Positions 24,035-39,000 of a stretch of DNA of 64,000 nt are shown piece by piece (position 1 is the first letter of the stretch; each line of letters starts with the position of its first letter). Under the pieces are notes generated by a model. That model searched no databases. It was given only the letters and a program-made list of their open reading frames with translations, and was not told the origin of the DNA. The stretch comes from Girardia tigrina (taxonomy: Eukaryota), in assembly GCA_001938485.1 (NCBI GenBank), contig MQRK01219574.1:62001-126000 (forward strand). The letters run 5' to 3'. The translations under genes were made by a program, and so were the position numbers.

Positions 24035-27000
24035 ACTTTTACAATAATCTTTCAGAATAGATATCTTCTAATATATATATTTTTCAGCAGGAAATTCAAA
24101 TACGTTTCAAGCAATGAAAATCTATTTAGTCAGTTAATAAAAAAAATTAGTTCTAAATATCAAAAAAGATTATTTAAAATAAAACAATTCATAAATTTAG
24201 TCAAATAAAGAATGAGTATTGACATTCACAACAATGCAAAATAAATAAGAAAATTGAAGATTAATATAGCTATTATTAATAATAATGTCTAGAGATATAT
24301 ATGACAATTAAACAAATAAATTGATAAATAAACATTAATTTAAGTGCAATAGTAAATGTCAGATATTTAAACCTTCATCTAAAATATATGAGTAAGTCAT
24401 AAATAGGTTATGAGTCAGTAAGTAGTACGACTCATTAGACCCTAAGAGAACCTAAGTAGAATATGGTAATACCTTACAAAAATATTTATATTGCTCGATT
24501 TTTTGTAAATTCATACTACTGTCAATTATTTTCTTTAAGACGTATATGAATATCTCAAAAAAATACTCCAGATCGTTATACATAAATATAACTTGTTAGG
24601 AATTAAGAAATGCTATTAAAATTTTTGAAATAATGTAAAATAAAACATACTGATTAAAATGTAAAAAATTTTAAAAACAATTAATTATTTGATGATTGTA
24701 AAAGAAATTTTTCAATTAATAATTTAATGAAACTATTAAATAATTGTAAATGTTCTGGTAATTTAAAATTATAAAATTTGATTAAAGATAATTATTAGAT
24801 AATGATAATATATTTTTTATATATTATAGTATAATATACCATTATTAATATATATTTTTTAATTTATACCAGTTTAAATAAAATAAAAAACAATTATAAA
24901 ACAAATTGTTTCTCAAAAAATAAGTTTGTTTAAATATTAGAGTGTGTATTATAATAATATTTGGATGCCAGAATTAACTTTGCATCTAACAATACATTTT
25001 CAATACGATTGAGAGAGTAAAACGAAAACAAAAACAGTCATATGTATATTATTTATTATTTAAAAAAATATTGATTTATTTATTTTAAATTAACTCAATT
25101 TATTTATTAAAATTGACAGATTTTTAATGTTACTTGCTTAAAAAATACACAAATAAGAGTCAAACTACGTATTTAAATTATCAAATTTTAATCTAAAACA
25201 AGTTAAAAACTATATATAAAAACTTTTAATATGAGCTTAATTAATAATAATTAATTAATAAAAGTGGGATTACTAAAATCAAAATTCCATGAAGATCGTA
25301 AATCAAAAGGAAAAAAGTCAAGAAAATAAAAAATTAAAAAACTCTAACATTCATTCTTTTTCCGAAGACAATAGAGAATGCCAGGTCTACACTACCAGGA
25401 AATGTTTCCTTTTATTAAATCATTTCTTTTTTCACTGATCATAGACAACACAACATAGACATAATTATAATTTATTAAAATACGTATTTGTAAAACGTAC
25501 ATTGACACATGAGGAATTTTATATATTTATGTAACTGAACAATAACAATAATATTTTAATATTATGTAATGAATTTAAAATTACATAAAATTTACTAAAT
25601 TTTAAAAGAATATAAAACATTTTCTATTTTAGACTTCGAATTAAAAAATTGTTTATTCTTCGAAAAAAGAGATTTTTTGGAATTCAGAAAGGATTAATGT
25701 ACACCGAGACAATAAAGATTATTATAATTAGTAAAGAGATTTTTTTAAAGGCGTTTTAAACTCAAAATTATATCATTACGTCCTATTTGTTATGATAGTG
25801 ATAACATTTGGATAAGCAATATGTTAATTGGTAAGGAACATATCTAGGTTTAATCTGCATTGGAGCATGATTTAAAATGTTTCTAAATGATCGCAGACGC
25901 TCCTTCGGCACCTGTCTAAATTAATCATTATTGGAAAACTATTTTCAATTAGTATTAATTGTTTAAATTTAACTGTATTCAATTTCTCCCGTAAAACTGT
26001 TTCTATTACCAAAAAGAGTTTCACTAACATCAACCACTCTCCAGATTCCAGATTATGAATAATTAATGTTGTCGGTCTCCTCGCTTCTCCTTGATATATT
26101 ACAATTCATACTATTAAATGGAGATTTTGAAGAAAATATCAGTTACAGCTAGAATTTAGTATATGGAAATTTAATGAATTTTTTTACAAATACAAAATAT
26201 TTCGAGTTTTAATCTTACGACTTACTGTACTAAAACATTTAAGTATGCTTATTATTACTAATAATTGTTATACTAATAATAATTAATAATAATAATTATT
26301 ATTATATGGTTATTATTATTAATAATCTGGTTGATACCAAATAATTCTAGAAACTAATTTAATCGTGTCCTTTCATCTGAAATGATGACTATCTACATAT
26401 ACATCCGTACAATCGGACTTTGAAATTAAATTAGAATTCGCATTATAATTTTATTGAAAATACGCAGAAAACTAAAATAAGCCAACGTATATAGAGTCGG
26501 AATTAGGCACATTCATAGAAATCATATTTATAGAAAGCATTTTCATTGAAAGACAAATTCATCGGAAAGTAAATTCTTCGAATGACAAATTTATCGAATT
26601 ACAAATTCATCGAAAAATAAATTTACCAAAAAGAAAATTTTCGATGAACTTTCCTAAACCCGAAATATTAGAATACAGTATATTTCAGTGTATAAGATGA
26701 CCCTTTATTCCGAAAAAATTGTGTAAAAAATAAGGGAATCGTCTTATCTAACAGTAACAAAATTTTATAAGTCAAAGTTTTAATCAATTACACGAATCTT
26801 TATCAAGATATATTTGATTTTTCGATTTACCAATGGGTTTTCAGTCAATGATATGTTTGTATTAGCATTTAGAATTAGATTTTAAAACTTTCACATGGAT
26901 TTGAAAAAAATGTCTTTTAGTAAATTTGATTATTGATAAATTTGTCATTCGATGCATTTATTTTTCAAAGAATTTGCCTTTCGATGAATTTGACTTTCGA

Positions 27001-30000
27001 TGAATATGTTTTCGATGAAGAGTCACATTCAGTTAACTCAATCCAAACTGACTCACAAAATAGATGGTTCCACACCTTTGCTAAGTAAACAATCGTATTT
27101 TGAATACATTTGTTTTGGAAAACACTTCCCCTTAGTTAAATGAAATACTGTATTTCCTCGATTAAACGGCGCCCTCGATTAAGTTTCTGTCATTTAACCA
27201 CATTCATCAATATCTATATCTGCGTCTTCATTTTTAGGTAAATCCCAATTTTTTAGTAAATCGTTTGATTTCAATTTACAATAAAAACGATTAAAAAAAT
27301 TAACACAAAAACCTTACATTTTAATAAACGACGCGCCTTTTTTTCGAGAAAATGCGGTACGGTTGTTGTGGATTGTGAAATAGATTCAGTAAATTTTAAT
27401 AAAATCAAAGCCGAAGTAAGTTGAAAGTTAATTTGCTTCTGTATAAATAAAAAGGAAAGAACAGATATATAAGACAATTAATAGATTTGAATAAACGAGT
27501 TTTATGACCTGCTACGGCGGGTTTTGAGGATTTTCGAGAGTTTATGATATTGGAGATTCTTGGGTGAAATTTTAATTTGAAACTAAATAAATATTTTTAA
27601 ACACGTATTCAGTGTGATTTATATCATTCAAGTAAATGTAGATATCTGTCAAAGAACTGACTGAGCTCAGAATCATTAAAATGTTTTGGGGTTTGAGTTT
27701 GATTACTTCAGGAGGAAATCCGAAAAATATAAATAATTTAACTTTGTTTTAATATACGAGACAAATTAATGAAAGTTGCTCCTTAGGCCGTTTGAAATAT
27801 AATTTTATGTCTTCGAACGAAACATAATTAAGCATTTGTGTTGTCACCGCCTAAGGAGAAAAACGAACAGAATTCAATGATTATCGAAATGAAATTGTTT
27901 CTGGCAAGTAAAGCGGCTCTCTTTAGAACTACAATTCGTGATTTTCAGGAGCCTAAGATATGCGGGTACCAACAACAGTTATTTTCTATTATATATTTTA
28001 TATTAAATTATATAATTTTACGAAGAAGTTAAATATATTTTACAACCGTTTTTTTATTGAATAAAAATTTGAAGTCTTTCAGCAACTTGATGACCAAACA
28101 CAATCGCACAATCTCGCAATCTATCTGACTTCAGAACATATTAGATAAAGGTCTGTCGAAAAACATGTCAATAAATTTCCTCTTATTTAATATTTTAGTC
28201 ACAATTCGGAGATCACAATAGAAACATTTGACAGGGATTATTAAATAAACCTTGGATATTAGTTATATTTTTGACTTGAATTATTAACCTTCAACATCTA
28301 TGAAGGTTATAGATTTTATTATTTATACATGTTATAATTTACTAATTCATCTTGTCTATTGATAAGTCTCTATTAAAAAGCTCTGATGTAATCAAATATA
28401 CTATTAAAAGTTTCATTCAAACTCTTCCTGATCTTTTACTAACAAATTCTCAAAGTAAAAAGAGTTATAAAAACCCGTGATCACTCAAATGACGCTTCTG
28501 AAGAGATACATCTGATGCTATATTAAACATTCGAAAATGCAAATATTTTAATAGTTTTTCAAATAAAAAGAAGTAATTCTGTTTAATTTATGACATTTTT
28601 ATTCAAACTCTTTTTTCGTCGTATTCCTTTGACTTCAACATAGACAATTGCAATATCACGATGTTTTATTCGAATGTATATTTTTGACACATACTACATT
28701 TAATTTTTATTTTTATAACGTTAATCCAAGGAACTAAAAACTGGTAATATAATCAAATATGAAGAGACAGCAATCTACACCCTTTAAGGTGTCCGTAAGT
28801 AAGAATTCATCTAAGACAGAATTAATTTCATAAAACTTATTTTATCATTTTTCTAATTATAAATAAATACGTGTATGTTAAAAGGAGACAGAATTTAATA
28901 ATTTATTGAAAGATACGACTGTTTATAGGTAATAAAATTCATATTGTTAGTAAAAAAAACAATTGGTGGAGTTTCTCCACAAATGAATCTCCGTTAATCG
29001 ACATCTTTACAGAAGAATATAACAAAACGCAAACACAAAACAAAATGTAGAACGTATAACATAAAATATCAAAAATAACAATTGAGTGATGAGTAACCTT
29101 TGTTTCTATAGAAGAATTTGTAAATATACAAACTTTTTAATAAAATAAAAGTTTAAATAGTTAAATAGTTATTTTCATAATTATAATCCATTGTTGTAGC
29201 TAACAAAATAAATTATCAATCACAATCAAACATATTCTTAAACGTGACCAAAGACTAAATCGAGAGTTGACAACCATTTTATAATTAATATGGTCTTAAT
29301 TTATTACTTTCGGATTCGTTTTTAACATCAATGTTCTTATTTCTATTGAAGTTTTTAAACATTTCATAAAGCCATCTCCAATATGTGGTGAGTCTAAAAA
29401 GTAGTGAGATTCTTATAGAAATAAGAAAGATAGAAGAAACGAAATTCCTATTTTATACAATAAATATATGAAGATTTTATTTTTAAATGTACTTCCCTTT
29501 CATATTTATGCATTTTCATAAGCCATTCCCATGGTTTCGAACCCATCCAATCTTGTAATCTGTAATCTTGTAATTGTTTCTTGATATGACAGTTAAAAAT
29601 CATTTGGTTCTATATCTCAGCTTTATGTTGGTAGTTTCATGAGGTGTTGGTATACAAGCGTTCCATTGCAGCAAAAAGAGATATTGGTTGAACTACTTGC
29701 ATCGTACTTACCTGAACTCTACTACCAGCAGAGTAAGAAGAATAAAAGTATCGGATTTCCAGTCATTAAACTTGCCAGTAAACGAAGTTTAATCTAACAT
29801 TTGAATGTCTATTATCTCGGGTACTAAGAAATGCGATACAAATATCTTGCATCGCCTTTTCATTCTCAATTGGTTAAGATTAAACTTTACAGTTATCTTG
29901 ATCAAATTCAGTCACTGATACAGACCTATTTGAGTTATCTTCTTCTCCTGAGCCATAATATTCTTATAATTCTTTTCTAATTATTTTCCTGCAAAATTCT

Positions 30001-33000
30001 ATTGTATCGTGCAATGATTCATACAAAATTTGACTAGTTGTAAACAAAAATCATTTTAATTACCTGATCATAATTGCTTTTTTAATATAAAATTGGGTTT
30101 CTTACCTTTCTTATTTCTATGCGAGTATAAATATTTAAAAACCTCATCAAGTATTTCTTTTACCAGTCAAAAATATTTTTGTTAAGCATTGTTATTGTTC
30201 ATAATAAATAATAAATAACAAATTTTAGAAATTCAATCTAAAAGAGCTCTGAGTGGCAAGATTACATCTGGATACTCTTTTTCTTGTACTCATGAAATTC
30301 AAAATAGAAGTTTTTAAATGAACCACCGAAAAATACAACTAGAATACCCTTTATAAGCTTTCTAAACTTGAATCCCCGATGAATTTTTAGCAAAAAAATC
30401 TCCAAACTTTCTAATTTCAAGATTTTTCATCTCATTCATTTAAAATTGAAAAGATCACTTAAGAAATCAAATAATATTATTGATTATTATGACATTTATG
30501 TTTGTATTATTATTATTGTGAGGAATATTTGGTGTGTTGATGTTTTGTGTAGTGTTTGAATGTAAATGTTGTGTGTTGATTGGGAATGTTTCTCTCCTAA
30601 ACAGATGGATTATTAATATTTTAATTCTTATAATCTGAAACTAATTTATTCAAATTTAGATTTAATATTCAAATTTCTAATTTATTATTATTGTAAATTT
30701 TAAATAATTTTATTAATTGTATTTTTGTAATTTTTTAAATAATTACCCTGTTTTATGGTTATAAGGTACCACTGCTTACTTAGGGCCACCTTATTAAATT
30801 TTTTGGACCCTGAAATTTTGTTTTTTTCTTCTTAGGTACCACTTTCTTCTAAGGTGCCATGTTATTATATGTTTTTATACTTTTTTAATTTTTTTAATAA
30901 ATTTTTTTAATAATGTTTTTAATAATGCTTTTTATGCTTTTTTTAAAAATTTTATTTAAAATGTTATTAATAATGTTTTTTTATGCTTTTTTTAAATTTA
31001 TTTAAAATATTAAGCTCATTTACGGGAAAATTGGATGATTAATGGTTATAACCAATATACGAAATAAGGAAATTGGAAGAGAGCTTCATGCGAAGAGATT
31101 TGTCAATGGATATCAGAGTCGTGGGATTCAGTTTCAGTTTCTGCCATCAAAAATGACTTCAAGAAGACCACAATCCATTTTTATCCGAATGAACACGAAG
31201 ACGTTGAAGATGTAGTTATTGAGGAAAGCAATGAAGAATCTGAAGAATCTAAAGATGAGGTAGATGAAGATCAAGTTATTCGTGAGCAGCTCATTGATAT
31301 TTCGTTGGATGAAAATAATTTTGGTAGCGAAGATGAAGATTATGATATAATTGAAAAAGATGGAAATTTTTTTTTAATTTTTGTTTCGTTTTACTGAGGT
31401 GCCACTTTTAACTAAGGTTTCACTGTTTACTAAGGTGCTTTCGGGGTAAAATTTTGTCTTTTAAAATCTACTAAGGTGCCACTATATAACCATAAAACAG
31501 GGTAAATCAAATAAATGTTTATAAATAATTATAAAAAGTAATTTTATTTTAAACAATAAAATTGAAAGTAAACATTTTAAATAAAATAATTTTCTTCAAG
31601 TTAGTTCAGATTGGGATGAGAATTATTAAACGTTGAGTGATGAATTTAAGTGAGAGCAATACTATTGATTGTCATATAGATGATCAAAATTGTGAATGTA
31701 ATAAATGTTCTGTTTAATGTTTGAGTTCTATTAAAAATTATTATTAAAATTCTATATTTTTTACTCTTTATGCTATCTTTTAAGTAATAAAAACTATAAT
31801 TATGAAAATAGAACAGGTCATATTCAAATGATCGAAATTACATCACTTTGTAACCATTTTTGTTCCAGCAGATACCTGGAAATCCGCCTAAAGATTCCTA
31901 AAAGAACGACTGAAAAACATTTACAAATTTTATTAATTTTCAAACAAAACTGACAAATAACAAACAAAATCTTATTTTATTTATTATATTTACTCTTGAT
32001 GTTCAGTAACTCTAAATTATTAATTGATTAGTGACTATTTTTTGTGCTTTAACTAAACCAGAAAATCTTGATACTCTTTCTGACATCGTTGATACATCTT
32101 TTATTCTTTCGCTAACATTATTTATTACGAATATGCTGAAACATTTACTTAAATAATATAATATAATAAATCTATTATTAAAAAATGTCAAGCCTTTAAA
32201 ATCACAATTAACTGTCAACACTTTGAAAAGTACACACTTAAAAACAACTTGAAAGTATATTTGCAACTTCAATAAATTAAATATGAAGAAACTGTCCAAA
32301 CAATTCAACATATTAAAATGATATTCAATGATATTCATCATCTGCCAAAATATGATACTGCAAACATTAGACTCTATCTTATCAAAGTGACATATATTCC
32401 AAAACTGCTTGGTTTTTATGTTAACATTTCGTAATCTTTTAATCCATCGTATCAACTTAATCAATTGTTCTCAATTCGCTTTTTTCTATTTTATTAGATT
32501 CTTGGCGAACGATAAAATTTTCGAATTTAATATTTACATATTTATATATGATAAATTAATATCCGTTGACAAAAAAACAAAGTAAAATAGAAATTATTAA
32601 AGATCAAATTTTAAAAATCTAAAACAAAATTAATTTTCCAAAATAATAAAGAGAAGTTTCAAATTAAACCTGGAATTTAAATACCTAGAATAATATAATG
32701 TTTTAAAAATATTTTAATTGGAAATAATTTTTTGTGTAAAGTTTAAAATTAATTAACTGAATTTTATTTTTATAAAAAATACAATATAAAAAAATCTTGG
32801 AAAATGTTTTTAAAGTATTAAAAAATATTTTAATTAACAATAAGATTTTGAATAACGTTTAAAAAATTATTTGATTATAAATTTTATTTTTGAAAAAGGT
32901 AATGTTAAGAGAACTCACACATTTGATAGAACATTTATCACATTCACATTTCTTATCATCTCTATGATGATCAATAGTATTGCTTTCATTTAGATCCATC

Positions 33001-36000
33001 AATCAATTTTCAATATCTCTTATTATAATCTGAACTATACTTGAGAAGATTATTTTATTCAAAAATATTTAATTTAAATTTTATTGACTGAAATAAAATA
33101 TTTTTATAGTCATTTTTAAACATTAATTTGATTTTAATTATTTAAAAATTTACAAAAATAAAATCANNNNNNNNNNNNNNNNNNNNNNNNNNNNNNNNNN
33201 NNNNNNNNNNNNNNNNNNNNNNNNNNNNNNNNNNNNNGTTTCAGATTATAAGAAATTAAATATTGATAATCCATCTGGTTAGGAGAGGCACAATCCCAAA
33301 TCAACATACAACATTTAATCATGCAAACACTACACAAAAACATCCACACACCAAATATTCCTCACAGGTAAAAAAATATTTTTAAAAAATGAAGTCTTAA
33401 AAAATTATTTTAATTAACAATAATATTTTGCGTTTAAAAATTAATCAACTAAAAATTTTATTTTTTAAAAATAAATTAATACCCGAAAATTAAAAGTAAA
33501 ATGAAAACTAATTCATGGGCTAGTTTAAGCAATTTTAAAATACTGTATCTAATATTCTTACAGTATTGCTCAGTTTAAATAATCTTAAAAGAAATTTTTG
33601 TGAACTTAAATTAACAAATATTCTAATTGGATTTTAATTATATTCGCAAAATTAAAAGGCTGGTGAATATTCTAAAACTTACAAAAAATTAGTGTTTAAA
33701 AAATGTTTAAATAATGTTAATGTGTTATAGTTTTAATAAATTAATAAATGTTGAATATCGACTTTGTTCACGATTCCAATATATTAAAAATAAATTATTC
33801 AACCTTCTGTAACTTCTTATATACGTATAAAACGTGAAATAGGGTACACGGTGAAAACTCTCCATACACAAATCTATATATTCGACCAAATTGGTTCATT
33901 TCCTGATCTATGGAAGTATTAATCAAAGCATTAGAAAACCATCATAGAAATCCACAAAAGAGAATATTCTACATATGTTCTTTCATTCATTCATTTCTTC
34001 ATTTCATTCATTTCAATCATTCTTATTGTTTCTTGGAACAGAATCATTCTTTCATCCTGACTGTTTAAATATCAGTCAAATATTTCTAATTATTGTACAT
34101 TTTTCGAGTTGGTCTTATAAAATTTTTATGTAACGAATCATTAGATTAATCACAAATTATTTATAAAAATAATTATCAATCACAATCAATTTAAAATATT
34201 TTAGTTTAATCATTTTTTTCAAATATGAATGAAATTTTATAATTAAAAATACTAATTGGTTGAAAAAGGAAAAAAAAACATATTCTTATTCGATATAGTA
34301 AAAATTCAAAATGTGATCCATGTAAAACATTGGTAAAGATCTGATCAATAATCGAACGGAATATCAACAAATGGTTACTCTATTTTTCAAGAATTATTGA
34401 CACTTTGATTGGCAAATTAGTAGGAAATTTCAAGATTATTCCGACCACATAATATGGACAAGAAAAGAGAATATCTGTACGAAAAAATCTACCGGTTATT
34501 TGGGCTTTTCAACAAATCAAATTAAATTAGCTTTTCATTTATGATCAAAAATAGAATTTGAACCAGGAAATATACTTGTCTCTCCATGTACTTTACAGAG
34601 AGCGGTAAACGAATTCAGAGACAGCGACGCTGGTTGTCCCCGATCAATGTTGATCAATTGCTGCACGATTTTTATTCGGATCAGAAATACTTTAACTGAT
34701 TGGAATATTTTTAAAAAGAAAGTCTTGAAAATTGTGACAATATTTTAAACAACTTTTATCTTTTTTTTCATTTTTTAGTGCTCTTTAATTTTATTTTTTT
34801 TAAGTATTTGTAATAAATAAATTATTTTATTTTATTTATTTATTTTCGTAAAGATAAATATTTACACAAATTTGCCAATATTAATATTACATTTTGTAAA
34901 TCATGGAAACATGAGTCCAAAATATTTTTTATAAAAACCTTTTTTTTCGAATACAGAATGGTTATTAAAGATACTTAATTATAAAAAAAAATTAAGAGAA
35001 AATTTATGTACTTCTTTTATAAAATAGATCAAGGTAGAATATAATTATATTCGTTATTCCTTTACCTATGTAATATTTTAAAGCTTAATTCACTAAAATA
35101 TCCCTTGAAAAATTTTTATTTCTAAAGCTAAAATCATTATACAGAAATATTTATGTGGAGTATTTCGATGGAAATGTTTATATCTTGACAAAGTAATATT
35201 GCTTGAAACCTCTGTGGTATATCAACCTTTGGATGTATCATTCAGAAATTATGATTGGCATTATAATCTCCTTTTTCTTTAGACTCAAACAATTAACTCT
35301 AATAAATAAAGCTTATGAAAAATAAAATTAAGAACAGAAACTAATTAATATTCATTAATAATAACGCTAGTTATAATCAAAAATTTATTTATAGGCAGTT
35401 TTAATGTAAAAACCATCCTTAAAATTAAAACGGTAAGGTAAAGTTGATTGTTTGTAACACAACATGAGAACCGTTGATCTGATCAATAATGGAAACAATC
35501 AAACAAATGTATTTTTTATTTAATCTTTGGTCATACTTTCATAGTTTTTCCAGAAATTATTTTTTATATCATTAATCAATATACCGCTTTTGATTCACAT
35601 TTTATTAATGTACGTATGACCATCTTATTCTTCCACTTCTCATCCGTGTTTTGTGTCGATAAATCTAAATGAATTCAGTCTGTCACTAAAAATTACCCTT
35701 TGAAATATCATTCAAATTATTTATTTCTTTAAGAAGGGAGTATAGCATAATTGTGTATTCTAGAACTAGACATTTCATTTTATTTGATACATAAGACGCA
35801 ATCTCTGATAAATGCCAATGTTAAAAACTAACATAATTATAATTACTTATCAACTATGTAAAAACTTATATTGATTACTTTATGAACTAAAAATAACGCA
35901 ATTTGCAAAGAACCAAAGGTATTGTTTTCATACTTTCATCATTGCCAGAACTTGAACTAAATATAACTAAATTCTTACAATCTTTCTGTGAGGAATATTT

Positions 36001-39000
36001 TAAAATGTAAAAATGTGTGAATGTATTGATGTTGTATGTTCATTCTAGTATGATGAACTTAGAATGGTGATTCTCCCACCCAGATGGAAATTGGTATTTT
36101 TTTTAAATTTAAAGTCATTGACTATTCCAACATAATTAAAATAATAATTTGATAAGTTTATATTTTGATTAACAATTACAATTAAGTTTAATAATTTTTA
36201 AAACAAAAAGAAAAGCATTTAATTAGATTTAAATTAAATTCCTTTTTACCAATTTTAAAAAATTTTATTATTTTGAGTTTTTATAAAGATATGGTTAAAA
36301 TTATTATTTTTAATTAATATTTTTAGAAATTAGATATTTTAAAAATATTTAGAAAAAAACTTCGAATAATCATGATTAAAAATAGAAATTTAAAAACCAA
36401 ATAGAGCGATATCAAATGGTAAACGATCCTCCGAGAGTTGTAACGACTCTACATGTGATAATAATAAAAATTCTTATGACAATTATTTAGTTTTTACCTT
36501 TCTTCTAAAAATAAAAGTCAAGATATCAAGTCGATTTTTTAAATGAGTAAGTGAGCGAAGAAATATTTAAAGTCGAACAAAAATACAATGAAATTAGACA
36601 GCCTTATTAAAATGAACGGTTGATTTTGATTGAGTAAATTCAACGTTTTTAGACAATGGCTTTTATGAACCATCCACAATTTTCGACTGAAATACAGAGT
36701 CCCATCTGCATCCTCTGTCTGGTGAAAATAGTATTAGGTTGTTCGATATGAAACGGGTCAAACTTCACACCTTACATTTCAATCGCGTATAACTTAACTT
36801 TGAACTATCGTATGAAAATAAATAAGGTATTTCTTGACAGATATANNNNNNNNNNNNNNNNNNNNNNNNNNNNNNNNNNNNNNNNNNNNNNNNNNNNNNN
36901 NNNNNNNNNNNNNNNNNNNNNNNNNNNNNNNNNNNNNNNNNNNNNNNNNNNNNNNNNNNNNNNNNNNNNNNNNNNNNNNNNNNNNNNNNNNNNNNNNNNN
37001 NNNNNNNNNNNNNNNNNNNNNNNNNNNNNNNNNNNNNNNNNNNNNNNNNNNNNNNNNNNNNNNNNNNNNNNNNNNNNNNNNNNNNNNNNNNNNNNNNNNN
37101 NNNNNNNNNNNNNNNNNNNNNNNNNNNNNNNNNNNNNNNNNNNNNNNNNNNNNNNNNNNNNNNNNNNNNNNNNNNNNNNNNNNNNNNNNNNNNNNNNNNN
37201 NNNNNNNNNNNNNNNNNNNNNNNNNNNNNNNNNNNNNNNNNNNNNNNNNNNNNNNNNNNNNNNNNNNNNNNNNNNNNNNNNNNNNNNNNNNNNNNNNNNN
37301 NNNNNNNNNNNNNNNNNNNNNNNNNNNNNNNNNNNNNNNNNNNNNNNNNNNNNNNNNNNNNNNNNNNNNNNNNNNNNNNNNNNNNNNNNNNNNNNNNNNN
37401 NNNNNNNNNNNNNNNNNNNNNNNNNNNNNNNNNNNNNNNNNNNNNNNNNNNNNNNNNNNNNNNNNNNNNNNNNNNNNNNNNNNNNNNNNNNNNNNNNNNN
37501 NNNNNNNNNNNNNNNNNNNNNNNNNNNNNNNNNNNNNNNNNNNNNNNNNNNNNNNNNNNNNNNNNNNNNNNNNNNNNNNNNNNNNNNNNNNNNNNNNNNN
37601 NNNNNNNNNNNNNNNNNNNNNNNNNNNNNNNNNNNNNNNNNNNNNNNNNNNNNNNNNNNNNNNNNNNNNNNNNNNNNNNNNNNNNNNNNNNNNNNNNNNN
37701 NNNNNNNNNNNNNNNNNNNNNNNNNNNNNNNNNNNNNNNNNNNNNNNNNNNNNNNNNNNNNNNNNNNNNNNNNNNNNNNNNNNNNNNNNNNNNNNNNNNN
37801 NNNNNNNNNNNNNNNNNNNNNNNNNNNAACAGTGTGTTGACAACATGGGGGGATATTTTGATTAAAAATAAAATGTTATTATTTAAAAAAAATCAATTTA
37901 CATTTTACTTTAATTTTGACCCGTTTCATATCGAACAACCTAATAACTATAATTTTCCCACAGCCCGAGAATTTCGCACCGCCACCGTAGTGTTACAGTC
38001 GCTTTACTGCGCACACTCGATCACCACCATTTATTATTATCACAAGTTAATTTGTTCTCAGGACAAATATCAAAACTTTCGTAAATACAATTGATTAATA
38101 ATATTTATTTGATTACTAGACAAATTAGAACCAGAAAAATCTCTAAAATTATTTACTACAACGTTCATTGATTAAAATTTAAATTAACATTAATTATTTA
38201 AATATATTAATTAGCTTTATTTATTTAAAAATTTAGCATAAAATTTATCAAATTATTTAACATTTTACAACGATATTAAATTAAAATAAAGTTAAATATA
38301 AGTAAATTTAAGTCAAAGTAGTTTCAGATAGTAAGAATCGCAATACTAATCACTATTCGAGTAGGAGAGACACAATCTCAAATCAACACATCATTCAAAC
38401 ACAAAACATCAAATATTCATCACGCAATACTATTTAGACATTCTATTATTAATACACATTTGTTGTCAATATCAATTAAATAGAAGGTATTTAAAAATCA
38501 TCTTACTTTGGAATATCTAAAAATTATTTCCTTGCTTTTTTATGTTCTTCAAATAAAGTAAAAAATAAGAGGTTTGTAAATCCTATCAAAATCACTTGTG
38601 AAAAATGGACTTTCAGAAACTCGTAAATGATTTAAAGAAATAAAACATAACATTCACGATTTCCCTTTTTGTTATTTTCGATTTTTTAGTAAAACTCCTT
38701 GTAAATTTCCTCAAAAAAGTATTCAAACTATTCTTTTCCTTTTAATTATTAATATTTCCTTTAAAATATTTTCAAAAAATTCGTTAGAAAAATTATAAGC
38801 AGTTGGTTGAGACATAAGGTTTACCAAAAATGAACCATTTGATTTTGTTTAATGAACCAATCGATCTCCTTAAGGAATTATTAAAACTTCGTAAACAATC
38901 ATTATTTATATAAGGTAATGTTTGCTATTAAAATTGCAATAGGAATTGTAAATGAAAATGTTAAGATTATTTTTAATTATTTATTTTTCAGGAATAATAA

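Noticed and set aside
32012-32464. 150-aa minus-strand ORF
   Set aside because: Non-ATG start and I/F/N/K-biased composition typical of AT-rich noise; the plus strand may be a decayed transposon but I could not assign it
30517-33366. Large inverted repeat suggesting one 2.8-kb TIR element
   Set aside because: Each arm has its own 5-bp TSD, so these are two independent solo LTRs in opposite orientation
32903-33366. Loss of the LTR AATAAA in copies sense to CERT, as protection against premature polyadenylation
   Set aside because: True for this copy (GATAAA), but the sense copies at about 15260 and 38030 retain AATAAA
36794-37865. Three ORFs of about 345 aa
   Set aside because: Made of X residues from the N gap
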